Numbered from the stretch's first letter, positions 9,620 to 19,996 are shown. The stretch: 64,000 bases of DNA from Desulfatiglandales bacterium (GCA_963667015.2 CAXXJJ010000001.1:1312001-1376000), one strand, 5' to 3'. Made by a program: numbers and translations. Notes: generated by a model from the sequence alone, not told the origin.

Positions 9620-11473
9620 TTATTTGATAACAATTGCGTTAAACCTGCAGTTTTCGTAACAGATGCCGCACTTAATACATTTGCTCTGATCCAGTTTATG
9701 GGGATTTTTCTTTTCACCTGTAATTGCTCCCTGTGGACATTGTTTTGCGCATAATGAACATCCTGTGCATGCCTTTTCATCAATCTTGTAATGGAAAAGG
9801 TTTTTACAGACACCGGCAGGACACTTTTTGTCCCTGATGTGTGCTTCATACTCATCACGGAAATACTTTATGGTCGTCAACACCGGATTGGGTGCAGAGG
9901 TTCCCAGTCCGCACAGGGAAAATTTCCTGATCATGCCGGCCAGCTCTTCAAGGAGTTCAATATCCCCTTCCTTGCCGTTGCCTTCACAGATGTTATTGAG
10001 TATCTCCAGCGATCTCTTGATGCCCTCCCTGCAGGGGTTGCACTGACCACAGGATTCATCCTTCAGGAAATCCAGAAAATAGCGGGCCACATCAACCATG
10101 CAGGTGTCCTGGTCCATGACGATCATACCGCCGGAACCCATAATGGACCCCACCTTTGCCAGCTCATCAAAGTCCACGCCAAGGTCCAGGTACTCCTCCG
10201 GGATGCAGCCACCTGAAGGTCCCCCCGTCTGAACCGCCTTAAATCTCTTTTTTTTGGGGATGCCTCCTCCAATATCATAGATAATTGTTCGGAGGGTTGT
10301 GCCCATTGGGACTTCCACAAGACCTGTATTGACAACCTTTCCCACGAGGGAGAAAATCTTGGTGCCCTTACTGTTTTCCGTGCCTGTGGAAGCGAACCAG
10401 TCTGCTCCTTTGTTGATAATGATTGGAACATTGGCCCAGGTTTCCACATTGTTCAGATTGGAAGGGCCCTGCCGGAACCCTTTTTCAACCGTGTGGATGT
10501 ATTTTGCCCTGGGTCTGCCCGGTTGTCCCTCCAGAGAGGCCATCAGGGCTGTTGATTCGCCGCATACAAAGGCCCCGCCTCCGCGGCTGATACGGATATC
10601 AAAATCAAAACCCGAGCCTAGGATATTCTTTCCCAGGAGGCCCAGTTCATTTGCTTTCCGGAGGGCAATGTTCAGGTTTTTTACTGCCAGAGGATATTCA
10701 TGCCGCACGTATACATATCCCTCGTGGGAACCTATGGCTATGGCGCCTATGATCATGCCCTCGATGATACTGTGAGGATTTCCCTCCAGAAGACTTCGGT
10801 CCATGTAGGCGCCCGGATCTCCTTCGTCAGCATTACAGATCACGTATCTGTTTCCTTTATGACTGCGGCATGACTCCCACTTGATACCTGTGGGAAATCC
10901 TCCGCCGCCGCGCCCCCTCAACCCGGATTTTTTTACCTGGTCGATGATATCCCCGGGTGTCATATCCAGCAGTGCTTTTTCAAGTGCCCTGTAACCGCCT
11001 GCCCCGATATAGTCCTCTATGCTGGTGGGGTCTATCATTCCGTTGTTTCCGAAAACCATCCTCTGCTGCAGTTTATAAAAGGGGATATCCCGCTCCCGGG
11101 TGATCTTCTCTTTAGTAGCCGGATCTTTGAAAACAAGGCTCTCGACCAGCTTCCCGTTTTTAATTGTTTTTTCAACGATGTCGGGGATGTGTTTCTCCTG
11201 GAGCTGCGGATAAAAAATGCCTTCAGGGTGGATGACCATGATCGGCCCTTTTTCGCAGAAACCGTGGCAACCGGTCAGCTTGACTTCTACCCTGTCCTGG
11301 AGACCTTGCCTGCCAAGTTCTTCCATGAGTGCCTTATGAACCTTTGATGTACCGTAAGCCGCACAGCCGGAACCGGCACAGAGTGAAACAAGCTTTTTAC
11401 TGCTATCAGGACTCTTTTTTTGAAACGATTTTCTCAGTTCCGAAAGCGCTTCTCGATTGTCCAGTCGTATCAT
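9620..11473 (-). CDS. nuoF: NuoF/HydB-like NADH-binding FMN subunit
   Basis: [38 protein letters not shown] and a C-terminal 2x[4Fe-4S] region. Confidence 0.9.
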   Translation of the reverse strand: MIRLDNREALSELRKSFQKKSPDSSKKLVSLCAGSGCAAYGTSKVHKALMEELGRQGLQDRVEVKLTGCHGFCEKGPIMVIHPEGIFYPQLQEKHIPDIVEKTIKNGKLVESLVFKDPATKEKITRERDIPFYKLQQRMVFGNNGMIDPTSIEDYIGAGGYRALEKALLDMTPGDIIDQVKKSGLRGRGGGGFPTGIKWESCRSHKGNRYVICNADEGDPGAYMDRSLLEGNPHSIIEGMIIGAIAIGSHEGYVYVRHEYPLAVKNLNIALRKANELGLLGKNILGSGFDFDIRISRGGGAFVCGESTALMASLEGQPGRPRAKYIHTVEKGFRQGPSNLNNVETWANVPIIINKGADWFASTGTENSKGTKIFSLVGKVVNTGLVEVPMGTTLRTIIYDIGGGIPKKKRFKAVQTGGPSGGCIPEEYLDLGVDFDELAKVGSIMGSGGMIVMDQDTCMVDVARYFLDFLKDESCGQCNPCREGIKRSLEILNNICEGNGKEGDIELLEELAGMIRKFSLCGLGTSAPNPVLTTIKYFRDEYEAHIRDKKCPAGVCKNLFHYKIDEKACTGCSLCAKQCPQGAITGEKKNPHKLDQSKCIKCGICYENCRFNAIVIK

Positions 11474-11505
11474 GTAATTATAAAACCTCCGTTGCCCCCG
11501 GTCAG

Positions 11506-12033
11506 TTAAGGGATATCTTTCTCGTGATCTTCAATAACTTTTAGAGCCCTGGAACGGTCGAGACCGCCGTAAGTTTCCTGATTTACCGTAATAACAGGTC
11601 CGGAGGCGCAGCACCCGACACAACGAACCGCCTCCAGGGAAAAGAGACTATCGTTGGTTGTTTGCCCCTCTCTGATCTTCAACTTTTCCCGGAGCGCGTC
11701 CATGATCCTGTCCGCGCCTCTAACATGGCAGGCGGTTCCTGTACATACGTTGATAATGTATTTTCCCCGCGGCTCCAGGCTGATGGTTTTATAAAATGTC
11801 GCCACACTGTAGATCAGGCTTTTTTTGATACCTAACCTGTCTTCCAGAACAGGAATAACCTCGGGGGGGACATAGTTATATATATCGCTGATGTCCTGCA
11901 TGATCATAAGCAGTGACTCATGATCCGCGTTATACCTGTCAATAATTGCATCTATCTTCTGCAGATCAATGTGAACCTTTTGTTTTGCTGCATTTACTTC
12001 CTTATTAACTGTATTATCCTGTGCCTCAACCAT
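11506..12033 (-). CDS. nuoE: NuoE/HydC-like [2Fe-2S] subunit
   Basis: [15 protein letters not shown] and RCVGCC motifs. Confidence 0.9.
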   Translation of the reverse strand: MVEAQDNTVNKEVNAAKQKVHIDLQKIDAIIDRYNADHESLLMIMQDISDIYNYVPPEVIPVLEDRLGIKKSLIYSVATFYKTISLEPRGKYIINVCTGTACHVRGADRIMDALREKLKIREGQTTNDSLFSLEAVRCVGCCASGPVITVNQETYGGLDRSRALKVIEDHEKDIP

Positions 12034-12034
12034 T

Positions 12035-12868
12035 TTATTCTCCTTTACCGATCCCGGTCTGTTCCATCGCCTTCTCTTCAGGAGTATAGAGCCTGTACCG
12101 GACAGGGCAGGCCTTTGTGCACTCTCCGCAACCCGTGCACTTGTTCACATCCACATAACGCTTCTTTTTTTTGATCTTTACAGTGTAGTTTCCTATGTAC
12201 CCTGAGACCTCAACAACTTCGCAGTAGGTCATAAGCTTAATGTTGGGATGCTGACCCACGTCAACCATTTTGGGTGTTCCGATACAGGCCGCACAATCAA
12301 GCGTGGGAAAGGTTTTATCAAACTGAAGCATATGACCGCCAATTGTAGGGTCCTTTTCAACCAGGTACACCTTGTGGCCTGAACTGCCGATATCCAGTGC
12401 CGCCTGCATGCCTGCGATGCCTCCTCCCACCACCAGGACATCGGGATGAACATTCACTTCACGGGTTTCAAGGCTGTGATGGTAATTGACACGATTTATG
12501 GCCCCGGCCGCCAGGGTCTTGGCCTTCCGGGTTGCTTCATCCTCATCCTCGGTTACCCATGAAACCTGTTCACGTACAGAGGCCATCTGGAACATATAGG
12601 GGTTAAGTCCGGCACGTTCACATGCGCCCCGGAATGTCTTTTCGTGCAGTCTCGGAGAACAGGATGCCACCACCACCCGGTTTAAACCGTACTCCTTTAT
12701 ATCCTTTTCTATCATTTCCTGTCCTGGATCCGAACACATGAACCGGTAATCTCTGCTTACCACGACATTTGGAAGTTTTCGGGCAAAGTCTGCGACTTCT
12801 TTTACCCTCACCTTATAAGAGATATTTATTCCACAGTGGCAAATATAGAAGCCTATTTTGATCGTCAT
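12035..12868 (-). CDS. N-terminal half of HdrA as a separate gene
   Basis: YICHCGINI, ASCSPRLHE, GGGIAG and KTFPTLDCAAC motifs. Ends at a TAA just after the first ferredoxin motif. Confidence 0.88.
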   Translation of the reverse strand: MTIKIGFYICHCGINISYKVRVKEVADFARKLPNVVVSRDYRFMCSDPGQEMIEKDIKEYGLNRVVVASCSPRLHEKTFRGACERAGLNPYMFQMASVREQVSWVTEDEDEATRKAKTLAAGAINRVNYHHSLETREVNVHPDVLVVGGGIAGMQAALDIGSSGHKVYLVEKDPTIGGHMLQFDKTFPTLDCAACIGTPKMVDVGQHPNIKLMTYCEVVEVSGYIGNYTVKIKKKKRYVDVNKCTGCGECTKACPVRYRLYTPEEKAMEQTGIGKGE

Positions 12869-12898
12869 GAATTCTCTCCCGCCTGGAGCTATATATTA

Positions 12899-13150
12899 TT
12901 AGATGTCCTTCTTTTTTTTCATTCGAACTCTGAACAGGGAATCTTCCTCTTCCAGTTCTTCGACCAGGACCAGTTCATATGAGAGTGGTGGCAGTACCTT
13001 AAAAAGATCAGTTCGGGTTTCAATGTCTCCGCACAGTATTTCAATTGTTTCTTTTTTTTTCATTGCCCGGAAGGCCTGGCTCACCTTTAGCAGGCTGATT
13101 GGTGGAATAGAGCTCCTTATATCAAGAATATGATCCGGCTTTTTGTCCAA
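12899..13150 (-). CDS. TusA/SirA-fold small protein lacking the CPxP cysteine
   Basis: Size and the LDIRSSIPPISLLKV...IEIL pattern match TusA. TTG start; first gene of the operon. Confidence 0.65.
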   Translation of the reverse strand: MDKKPDHILDIRSSIPPISLLKVSQAFRAMKKKETIEILCGDIETRTDLFKVLPPLSYELVLVEELEEEDSLFRVRMKKKKDI

Positions 13151-13289
13151 ATCGTTTTTCCCTTTCTATGTGGGCCAGGTGAACAGGGCCTTGTTTTCTG
13201 AATCCTGCAGTACCTGATATTCTTATTCTTAATACTTCGAAGTTTGTCTCGAGGTCATTTGTGTTAAATGCTATTACCAAGACTTATAA

Positions 13290-13305
13290 AGCAAATTAAA
13301 TGCCA
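13290..13305 (-). promoter_or_regulatory. sigma54 (-24/-12) promoter of the hdr/nuo operon
   Basis: TGGCATTTAATTTGCT has exact GG-N10-GC spacing; a divergent sigma54 activator is adjacent. Confidence 0.8.
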
Positions 13306-13535
13306 GTTTAACGGTCCATCACCCGAAAATGATTATGGGTTTATCTGATTTTTTATTTTATCCGAATTTATGAGGCCTGTTTTCTGTTGCTTCTTACAGT
13401 TGACATATCTTTAAGTATTTGAAAATATCAGTTAAATAAATATTGTCCTGTAGAATTGCGGATAAGATATTTATATTCTGCATGCCGGATAAATTGATTT
13501 ATTAATTGCCTGCGAACGGCGGTTAATTTCTTGAT

Positions 13536-13616
13536 TGTTAAAAGTGTTAAACTTTAGCTTGATTAATCACTTAACAGTGTTAAAATTTTAATTTAACAAG
13601 TGTTTAATTTTAACAG
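13536..13616. promoter_or_regulatory. Cluster of TGTTAA/TTAACA half-sites, candidate activator UAS
   Basis: Several inverted TGTT(A/T)A...TTAACA pairs lie about 230-310 bp upstream of the sigma54 promoter. Confidence 0.45.
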
Positions 13617-13627
13617 GGGTATACCTG

Positions 13628-15016
13628 ATGATTGATCAGGAATTAAGCAGTTACTGGAAAAAGGTAGTCGATACCATAAAAGATGGAGTGATGATTGTAG
13701 ATAAAGGCGGAATCATCGTTTCCGTTAACAAGGCTATGGAAGAAATCACCGGTTATTCCAAAGACGAGATGTTAGGTAAATCCTGTGACATATTGAAGTG
13801 TAATATCTTTGAACATGCCCGTTTAAATAAGGGTGATCACTGGTGTGTTTTATTTAAAACCGGGGTCATGAATATGAGAAGGTGCACCTTTATTAACAGG
13901 GATGGTGAGTTCATACATGTTTTAAAAAACGCAACCCTTCTCCATGATTCGGAAGGTCAGGTTATTGGAGCAGTCGAAACAGTTACCGACATCAGTGAGA
14001 TTCTGGAAAAAGATTCCCAGATAGCCGCATTCCGCCAGGAGTTGCGGGCAGAAAACGGCTTTCATGGGATTTTGGGTGTTTCAGGGGCCATGCTGAGGGT
14101 ATTTGATTTGATTACGAATGCAGCAGAATCACAGGCACCCGTAATCATTTTCGGTGAGAGTGGAACAGGCAAGGACCTTGTTGCCAGGGCAATACATGAA
14201 ACGGGCTTACGCAAAACAAAACCCTATATAAAGGTAAATTGTGCAGCCTTAAACGAAGCCCTTCTGGAAAGTGAGATTTTCGGACATGTTAAAGGTGCAT
14301 TTACTGGGGCATATAAGGACAGGATAGGCAGGTTTGAGGCAGCCCAGAGCGGCAGTATTTTCCTTGACGAGATTGGTGACCTGCCTGTTTCAACACAGGT
14401 TAAACTGCTTCGGGTTTTAGAGGATAAGGTGATTGAGCGTGTTGGTGATAACGCCCCTGTTCATATTGATGTAAGGTTGATATCAGCTACCAACAGAGAT
14501 CTGAAAAGGCTTGTAGACGATGGTTATTTCCGCGAAGACCTCTTCTATAGAATAAATGTTATACCAATTAATATACCCCCCCTTAGAGATCGTGTCGATG
14601 ATATTCCTATTCTGGCAGAATCTTTCTTCAGAAGAATACAGCTTAAAACAGAAAAAAAGATCCAGGGTATCAGTGATGATGCCATGAGACTGTTAATGGA
14701 ATATTCATGGCCGGGGAATGTAAGAGAGCTTAGAAACGCCTTTGAGTTCGCCTTTGTAACCTGCCAGGATGCCTTAATCCAGCCTTACCATTTCCCCCTC
14801 AATATCTACAGTCCGAAAAAGAGATTTTATAAGGCATCTCCTGGTAATTCTGTTGATAAAAAAGATTTAAAAAAACGGGAGCTTATTAAAGCCCTTGTAG
14901 ACTCGGAAGGCAATCAGTCAAAGGCGGCAGAGCTTCTAGGTGTTACCAGGGTAACGATCTGGAATAGAATGAAAAAATATAATATTAAGTTTAACCGGGG
15001 ACGGTTGGAATATTGA
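13628..15016 (+). CDS. PAS-domain sigma54-dependent enhancer-binding protein (Fis-type HTH)
   Basis: Cys-containing PAS domain, GESGTGKD, GAFTGA, WPGNVREL and a C-terminal HTH. Confidence 0.93.
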   Translation: MIDQELSSYWKKVVDTIKDGVMIVDKGGIIVSVNKAMEEITGYSKDEMLGKSCDILKCNIFEHARLNKGDHWCVLFKTGVMNMRRCTFINRDGEFIHVLKNATLLHDSEGQVIGAVETVTDISEILEKDSQIAAFRQELRAENGFHGILGVSGAMLRVFDLITNAAESQAPVIIFGESGTGKDLVARAIHETGLRKTKPYIKVNCAALNEALLESEIFGHVKGAFTGAYKDRIGRFEAAQSGSIFLDEIGDLPVSTQVKLLRVLEDKVIERVGDNAPVHIDVRLISATNRDLKRLVDDGYFREDLFYRINVIPINIPPLRDRVDDIPILAESFFRRIQLKTEKKIQGISDDAMRLLMEYSWPGNVRELRNAFEFAFVTCQDALIQPYHFPLNIYSPKKRFYKASPGNSVDKKDLKKRELIKALVDSEGNQSKAAELLGVTRVTIWNRMKKYNIKFNRGRLEY

Positions 15017-15017
15017 T

Positions 15018-16589
15018 CTAAGCCTGTGTTATTGGCAACATTATTTTAAAAACAGTTCCTCCATTCAGGGGGCTTTCAGCCTTTATCATTCCTTTATGAC
15101 GTTCTAAAATACCATAAACGGTCGACAGGCCAAGGCCAACCCCATAGCCTTCTTCCTTGGTGGTAAAAAAGGGTTCAAAGATATAGGGAAGGTCTTCTTC
15201 AGAGATTCCATTCCCGGTATCTCTAACAATGATCCTGATTGATTTTTCGGATGGATCGTGTTCCGCAGAAAGAGTGAGGGTTCCTCCATCAGGCATTGCA
15301 TCAATTGCATTGAAAATAAGGTTGATGATACATTGCTCCAACTGGTTAAAGTCGCCTTCGATTGAGGGAATGGCCGGCTGAATATCGGTCTCAAGCTTAA
15401 TATTTTGCAGCACAAGCTTATGATGGCTCAGGACAACACATTTATTAATTAGATCTCCTACAGATATTTCTTCAAAGGCGATCGGTGATTTACGGGAAAA
15501 GGTAAGCAGGTTTGAAACAATTTTTGAACAGCGGTCTGTTTCATTTTCAACAACCTCCAGGTACTCACTGAATTTTTCTCTTTGATCTTCTGCGATCGGC
15601 CCGCGGTTAACAATGCGTATCATCAGCCGGAGATAATTAAGAATACCTGAAAGTGGATTGTTAATTTCATGAACAACACTGGCCGCCAGTCTCCCCATGG
15701 ACATCATCTTATCCTGATGAAGGATGCGGGCCTGGTTGGAGAGGTCATACTCAAGTTTGCGGAGTTCCCTGAGATCCCTGAAGAAAAAGACAGAACCTTC
15801 GATTTTATCATGATCAAAAAAACTGGTCCCTGACACCTGCACCGGGATTTTTCTGCCGGAACTGTCCAGAAGAGACGTCTCATAAAAATTAAGACGATTG
15901 GCGCCGCCGAACTTTTCACCTTCAAGAGCGGCTTTGAGCGAGATTTCATCGTCCCGGGTCAGGAATTGGGAAAGCGTCATTTTATGCAGGACATCCTCTT
16001 TGGTGCAGGAGAGCATATGTTCCATGCTTTTATTAAAGGTCGCTATTTCACCTTTCTCATTGTGGGCGAGAATTCCATCCATGGAGCTTTCTATAAGGTT
16101 CTTTTGAAAGGCAAATGTTTTTATAAGTTCCTGATGGGTCTCGGCCTTTTCTTTTTCCAGGAGCGCAGTATATTCTGCGAGCTGTTTCCTGGCCAGGTAG
16201 CGTTCTTTAGCCCTGTTTACAGCAAGATGTAATTCTTTCGTATTGATGGGCTTGGTGATAAAATCCGAGGCATCAAGTTGAAGGGCGCGTATGGCTATAT
16301 CGATTTCGCCGAAGGCGGTCGCCACAATAACTTCGATCTCCGGAGAGTTCTTTTTTAAGGATTCTAAAACCTGAAGCCCGTCCATAACGGGCATTCGAAT
16401 GTCTGTAATGACAATCTGGGGAGATTTTTCTACGCAAACCCTTAAGCCGCTCGCACCATCTCGAGCAACAGAGATATGATGGGAGAGGTCCTTCAATGCC
16501 AGGGAAAGGATATCCAGTATATCCTCCTCATCATCTATGATTACAATTTCCCATTCAGTGACTGCAGTCATACCGGATTGCCCGAACAT
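15018..16589 (-). CDS. Hybrid histidine kinase (REC-PAS-HisKA-HATPase)
   Basis: IIDDE/ITDIRMP receiver, HEINNPL H-box, FEPFFTTK and GVGLGL motifs. Confidence 0.93.
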   Translation of the reverse strand: MFGQSGMTAVTEWEIVIIDDEEDILDILSLALKDLSHHISVARDGASGLRVCVEKSPQIVITDIRMPVMDGLQVLESLKKNSPEIEVIVATAFGEIDIAIRALQLDASDFITKPINTKELHLAVNRAKERYLARKQLAEYTALLEKEKAETHQELIKTFAFQKNLIESSMDGILAHNEKGEIATFNKSMEHMLSCTKEDVLHKMTLSQFLTRDDEISLKAALEGEKFGGANRLNFYETSLLDSSGRKIPVQVSGTSFFDHDKIEGSVFFFRDLRELRKLEYDLSNQARILHQDKMMSMGRLAASVVHEINNPLSGILNYLRLMIRIVNRGPIAEDQREKFSEYLEVVENETDRCSKIVSNLLTFSRKSPIAFEEISVGDLINKCVVLSHHKLVLQNIKLETDIQPAIPSIEGDFNQLEQCIINLIFNAIDAMPDGGTLTLSAEHDPSEKSIRIIVRDTGNGISEEDLPYIFEPFFTTKEEGYGVGLGLSTVYGILERHKGMIKAESPLNGGTVFKIMLPITQA

Positions 16590-16638
16590 TTAAGAAGGTT
16601 TTTTATGGGACTTTTAAGTGATTTACAAAAAGGTGTTA

Positions 16639-16989
16639 CTATCCGATTGCATCTTTTACTATTCCAAGAAGCTTTTCAGGATCAAAGGGCTTGTTAACAT
16701 AGCCAACGGCGTTCCTGATGGCGTGATCGCCATCGATCCCCGTCACAACAATCACAGGAGTATCTTTTACTTCCTCATGCTTTCTGAGCTTCCGGTAGAA
16801 TCTTGGCCCCCACTCTTCAGGCATTTCAAGATCGAGTGTTATCAAGTCAGGTTTTTCCCTGAGAAGAATCTCTAATCCTTTAACACCGTTTTCAGCGGAG
16901 CAGGTCTCATAACCGTTTTCCTGAAAGAGATCTGTGAGATAGTCTACAATAATGGGATCATCATCAATAACCAAGATTTTTTTAGCCAT
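16639..16989 (-). CDS. Single-domain response regulator (resembles the DVU0259 type)
   Basis: VIDDD, TLDLEMP, VVTG and KPF motifs; no output domain. Confidence 0.88.
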   Translation of the reverse strand: MAKKILVIDDDPIIVDYLTDLFQENGYETCSAENGVKGLEILLREKPDLITLDLEMPEEWGPRFYRKLRKHEEVKDTPVIVVTGIDGDHAIRNAVGYVNKPFDPEKLLGIVKDAIG

Positions 16990-17449
16990 AATAATATCTC
17001 TCTTTTATGGTTGGTGGTGGACACTGGTAAAAGACATTATTTTTATTCGAGAGAGCTTCTTTGCTATGTTATTAAAGTAGTTACGAAAAAACAATAGAGA
17101 AATACAGGAAGTGAGTCAAGTAGAAATAAGGAACTCCCTGTCATCACTGTCCCTTCTTGACTGAGGAGTAACATGTATCCCCAGTATATAAATATTTCTT
17201 TTTTAACCGCAACATATAGTTGTATTGTTGACAATACCCCAATATTTTGATATTTTTGCCAAAATTTTCGTTAATAACTTAAAGGCATTATTATAGAAAT
17301 ATCCGGATAAAAATCAGACTTTCCCCCTTTTCAACATCGCTTGAGCATTGTGTGAGGTAATTTCGATTTTAAATACATGAAGGCGGCTTGTCACCGAATT
17401 AAAGCGTTGTTTAAGTAAATCCTTAATTTCATAAATATACGATAAAAAT

Positions 17450-18103
17450 ATGAATAACATATCCAGAAGAAATATATTCACTGCAAATCAAATGCAAATC
17501 CTGGTATTACTGGGCATGCTCCAGTTCATGTTTATAACCCAGATTAATATTTCCAGTAATTTCTGTGTGCAGAAAAAATCCAAACCGAACAATACTCCTG
17601 TATCGCTTCAGTCGAAACCGGCGCCACCGGAAGTGGAAGAAGAATTAAATGTGTTTCCCTATCAAATTAAAAAAGCTGAACCTCAATACAACCAGATAAT
17701 ACTTGAAGCTGCCAATACTCATAATGTTGATTTAAATATGATAAAGGCTATTATCATGGCTGAGTCAGGTTATAACGGGATATCAGTTTCTAAGAAAGGC
17801 GCTGGAGGGCTAATGCAGCTTATGCCTGAGACTGCAAAATCATTGGGAGTGGAAAATCTTTTAAATCCCGAGGAAAATATCCATGCAGGGGTCAGGTATT
17901 ATAAATCGCTGTTGAATCGATTAAATGGTGATGAAAAGCTGGCACTCGCAGCCTATAACGCGGGAATAACAAATGTAAGAAGGTATGAAGGTGTTCCGCC
18001 TTTTAAGGAGACCCGGCGATATATCGAGAAAGTTTTGGAATACCAGCGTTTCTATAGATATGGCCCTGCATCGAAAAAGAATATTGTCCTGTTATGTCAA
18101 TAA
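17450..18103 (+). CDS. Lytic transglycosylase (SLT domain)
   Basis: AES, GAGGLMQLMP and ALAAYNAG motifs. Confidence 0.9.
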   Translation: MNNISRRNIFTANQMQILVLLGMLQFMFITQINISSNFCVQKKSKPNNTPVSLQSKPAPPEVEEELNVFPYQIKKAEPQYNQIILEAANTHNVDLNMIKAIIMAESGYNGISVSKKGAGGLMQLMPETAKSLGVENLLNPEENIHAGVRYYKSLLNRLNGDEKLALAAYNAGITNVRRYEGVPPFKETRRYIEKVLEYQRFYRYGPASKKNIVLLCQ

Positions 18104-18226
18104 GTATCAAATATTCACCCCATTTTGTCATCCCAAACTGCCCGTCATTTCTCCGAATATTAATATAGCTGAAAGCCTTGAGTCTTTCGAACTACCTCGA
18201 TAGCCTGAGTATATCGTTGGGCAAAT

Positions 18227-18265
18227 AAAAAGGGTATTCTCTCAATAAAGAGAATACCCTTTTTT
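18227..18265. terminator. Bidirectional intrinsic terminator
   Basis: AAAAAGGGTATTCTCT-caataa-AGAGAATACCCTTTTT lies between the convergent slt gene and tRNA-Asn. Confidence 0.8.
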
Positions 18266-18273
18266 GTATCGAA

Positions 18274-18349
18274 TGGCTCCCCGGGACGGACTCGAACCGC
18301 CGACAGGGTGGTTAACAGCCACCTGCTCTACCTGCTGAGCTACCGGGGA
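18274..18349 (-). tRNA. tRNA-Asn (GTT)
   Basis: 76-nt cloverleaf TCCCCGG...GTGGCTGTTAACCAC...GTTCGAG...CCGGGGAGCCA. Confidence 0.97.
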
Positions 18350-18550
18350 ATATATCTACATAAAATTTAAAAAAGCAATTTCTAGCAAAATCATTAATAC
18401 AGGTCAAGCAAAAATATTAAAATTATTGGTGTATTTTTTATGTAATTTAATCTTGCTGTCCGAATGTTACGGGATGCTTAAGGGAAGCATTGGCCAGTTC
18501 ATCCAGTTTGAAGGAATTCAGTTTGTTGAACATGGCCTCTTTTTCAATAA

Positions 18551-18602
18551 TCAGGCATCAATAGAGTTTTCTATAATATTAACAAGAGCTGAAGATACAG
18601 CT
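18551..18602 (-). pseudogene. Possible short remnant of a histidine kinase N-box
   Basis: Translates as AVSSALVNIIENSIDA followed by a stop; no start context. Confidence 0.3.
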
Positions 18603-18665
18603 TCAGTAAAAGAAATCCGGTCTGTAAACAGACTGTTAAGCTGGATTTCAAAATGATTTTAATAT

Positions 18666-18797
18666 TTAATCATCATCTCTTCCTGTTAGAAAGTTCCAGA
18701 ATCCCAGCATCCCCAAAAGAATCAGGACTATGAGGATATAGACAATTCCTTTCGTGTGAGTAAGAAAATCCTGAAGCGTATAAAATATGTTATCCAT
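18666..18797 (-). CDS. hmcD: HmcD small membrane subunit (43 aa, below the ORF-track cutoff)
   Basis: MDNIFYTLQDFLTHTKGIVYILIVLILLGMLGFWNFLTGRDDD, immediately after hmcC. Confidence 0.8.
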   Translation of the reverse strand: MDNIFYTLQDFLTHTKGIVYILIVLILLGMLGFWNFLTGRDDD

Positions 18798-18823
18798 TCA
18801 ACCTTTTTCCCCCGATGGTAAAA

Positions 18824-19996
18824 TTAATGTGACTCTTTATAGTCCGGATGTTCATAGAAAATCGGCATCCAGCTGACAATGAATTTAAAAACAAGCAGGC
18901 CGCATGTGAGAAGAAAAATGGAAATTCCAATCTCCATCCAGTGCGGGAAATATCTTTCGCTTGAAGGAAGGTGCCAGTTAAAGGCGATCAGGCATATATT
19001 GAGTCTGTTGACCATAATACCCAGCACGGTCCAGCCGGAAGTTAATCTTATCAGTTTAAGGTTCTTAGCCCTTACTCCAACCGCATAGAGAAAGCATGGT
19101 AATGCTACGAATCCCAGAAGTTCCACCAGGTACCACATTCCATAGGAAGTTGCGAGGTAATGCCAGTTATTGTCCGCGGCAATACCAATAACTTTAACAG
19201 CAAAATAGCCCGCCAGCACCCATGATGCAGCCTTGCCGAATCCAAGCGCAACCTGGTCTTTTTCCTTCATATGAGCTTCATCCATTTTATGGGAATAATA
19301 GTGATGGGACAGAGTGCCTTCGAATATTACCATTGATAGACCGGCGATTATGGCTGTAACAAAGAAATATACCGGCAGATATGAAGAATACCAAAGGGGA
19401 TGAAGCTTGGAAGGTGCGATTAAAAACAGTGCCCCGAGTGAAGACTGATGCAGGGTTGAAAGTATAACACCCAAAATTGTCAGGACCAGCGTAAGTTTAT
19501 GTATCAGGTTTCTTAATTTTTTCAGGCCAAGCCACTCAAGAGCCGCAGGTGAAAATTCAAGAAACAAAACAGTCAGGTAGAGAGCCACACATATTGCCAC
19601 TTCAAAAAGCACAGAGGTAGTTCCCTGCTGTACTACAAGCGGATAAGGCAGTCTCCATGGTCGGCCGACATCGTAGTTCAGGGCGACCACAACAAGTGCA
19701 TAACCTAAAAACCCGGTAAGGATAGCCGGTCTGACCGCAGAATGGTATTTTTTCATTCCGAAGATATAGACTGCCGCAGAGGTTACAAAGCCTCCGGCAG
19801 CAAGAGCGACGCCAGAGAGCAGATCGAAGCCTATCCATATTCCCCAGGGATTATAATCCGAGAGATTCGATACAGCACCCAGTCCCCCCATGAAGCGGAG
19901 TCCGGTCAGTACAAGGCCAATAAGGACAATAAATCCTGCAATGACATTAAATGGCGTCATTAATGATTTAACGGTGAAAGTACCGCTTTTTGACAT
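18824..19996 (-). CDS. hmcC: HmcC, NrfD/PsrC-family membrane subunit
   Basis: PWGIWIGFD, DVGRPWR and STLHQSSLG motifs; many TM segments. Confidence 0.88.
   Translation of the reverse strand: MSKSGTFTVKSLMTPFNVIAGFIVLIGLVLTGLRFMGGLGAVSNLSDYNPWGIWIGFDLLSGVALAAGGFVTSAAVYIFGMKKYHSAVRPAILTGFLGYALVVVALNYDVGRPWRLPYPLVVQQGTTSVLFEVAICVALYLTVLFLEFSPAALEWLGLKKLRNLIHKLTLVLTILGVILSTLHQSSLGALFLIAPSKLHPLWYSSYLPVYFFVTAIIAGLSMVIFEGTLSHHYYSHKMDEAHMKEKDQVALGFGKAASWVLAGYFAVKVIGIAADNNWHYLATSYGMWYLVELLGFVALPCFLYAVGVRAKNLKLIRLTSGWTVLGIMVNRLNICLIAFNWHLPSSERYFPHWMEIGISIFLLTCGLLVFKFIVSWMPIFYEHPDYKESH

Noticed and set aside
8777..9754. 325-aa plus-strand ORF and the many other short antisense or alternative-frame ORFs in the track
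   Set aside because: They are shadows of well-supported genes and have no recognisable motifs.
12035..12037. Read-through or frameshift explanation for the short HdrA
   Set aside because: The stop is TAA and an intact nuoE with its own RBS follows.
17340..17420. Possible structured leader or c-di-AMP riboswitch before the lytic transglycosylase
   Set aside because: Only weak pairing is visible and no consensus motifs were recognised; a covariance-model search would be needed.
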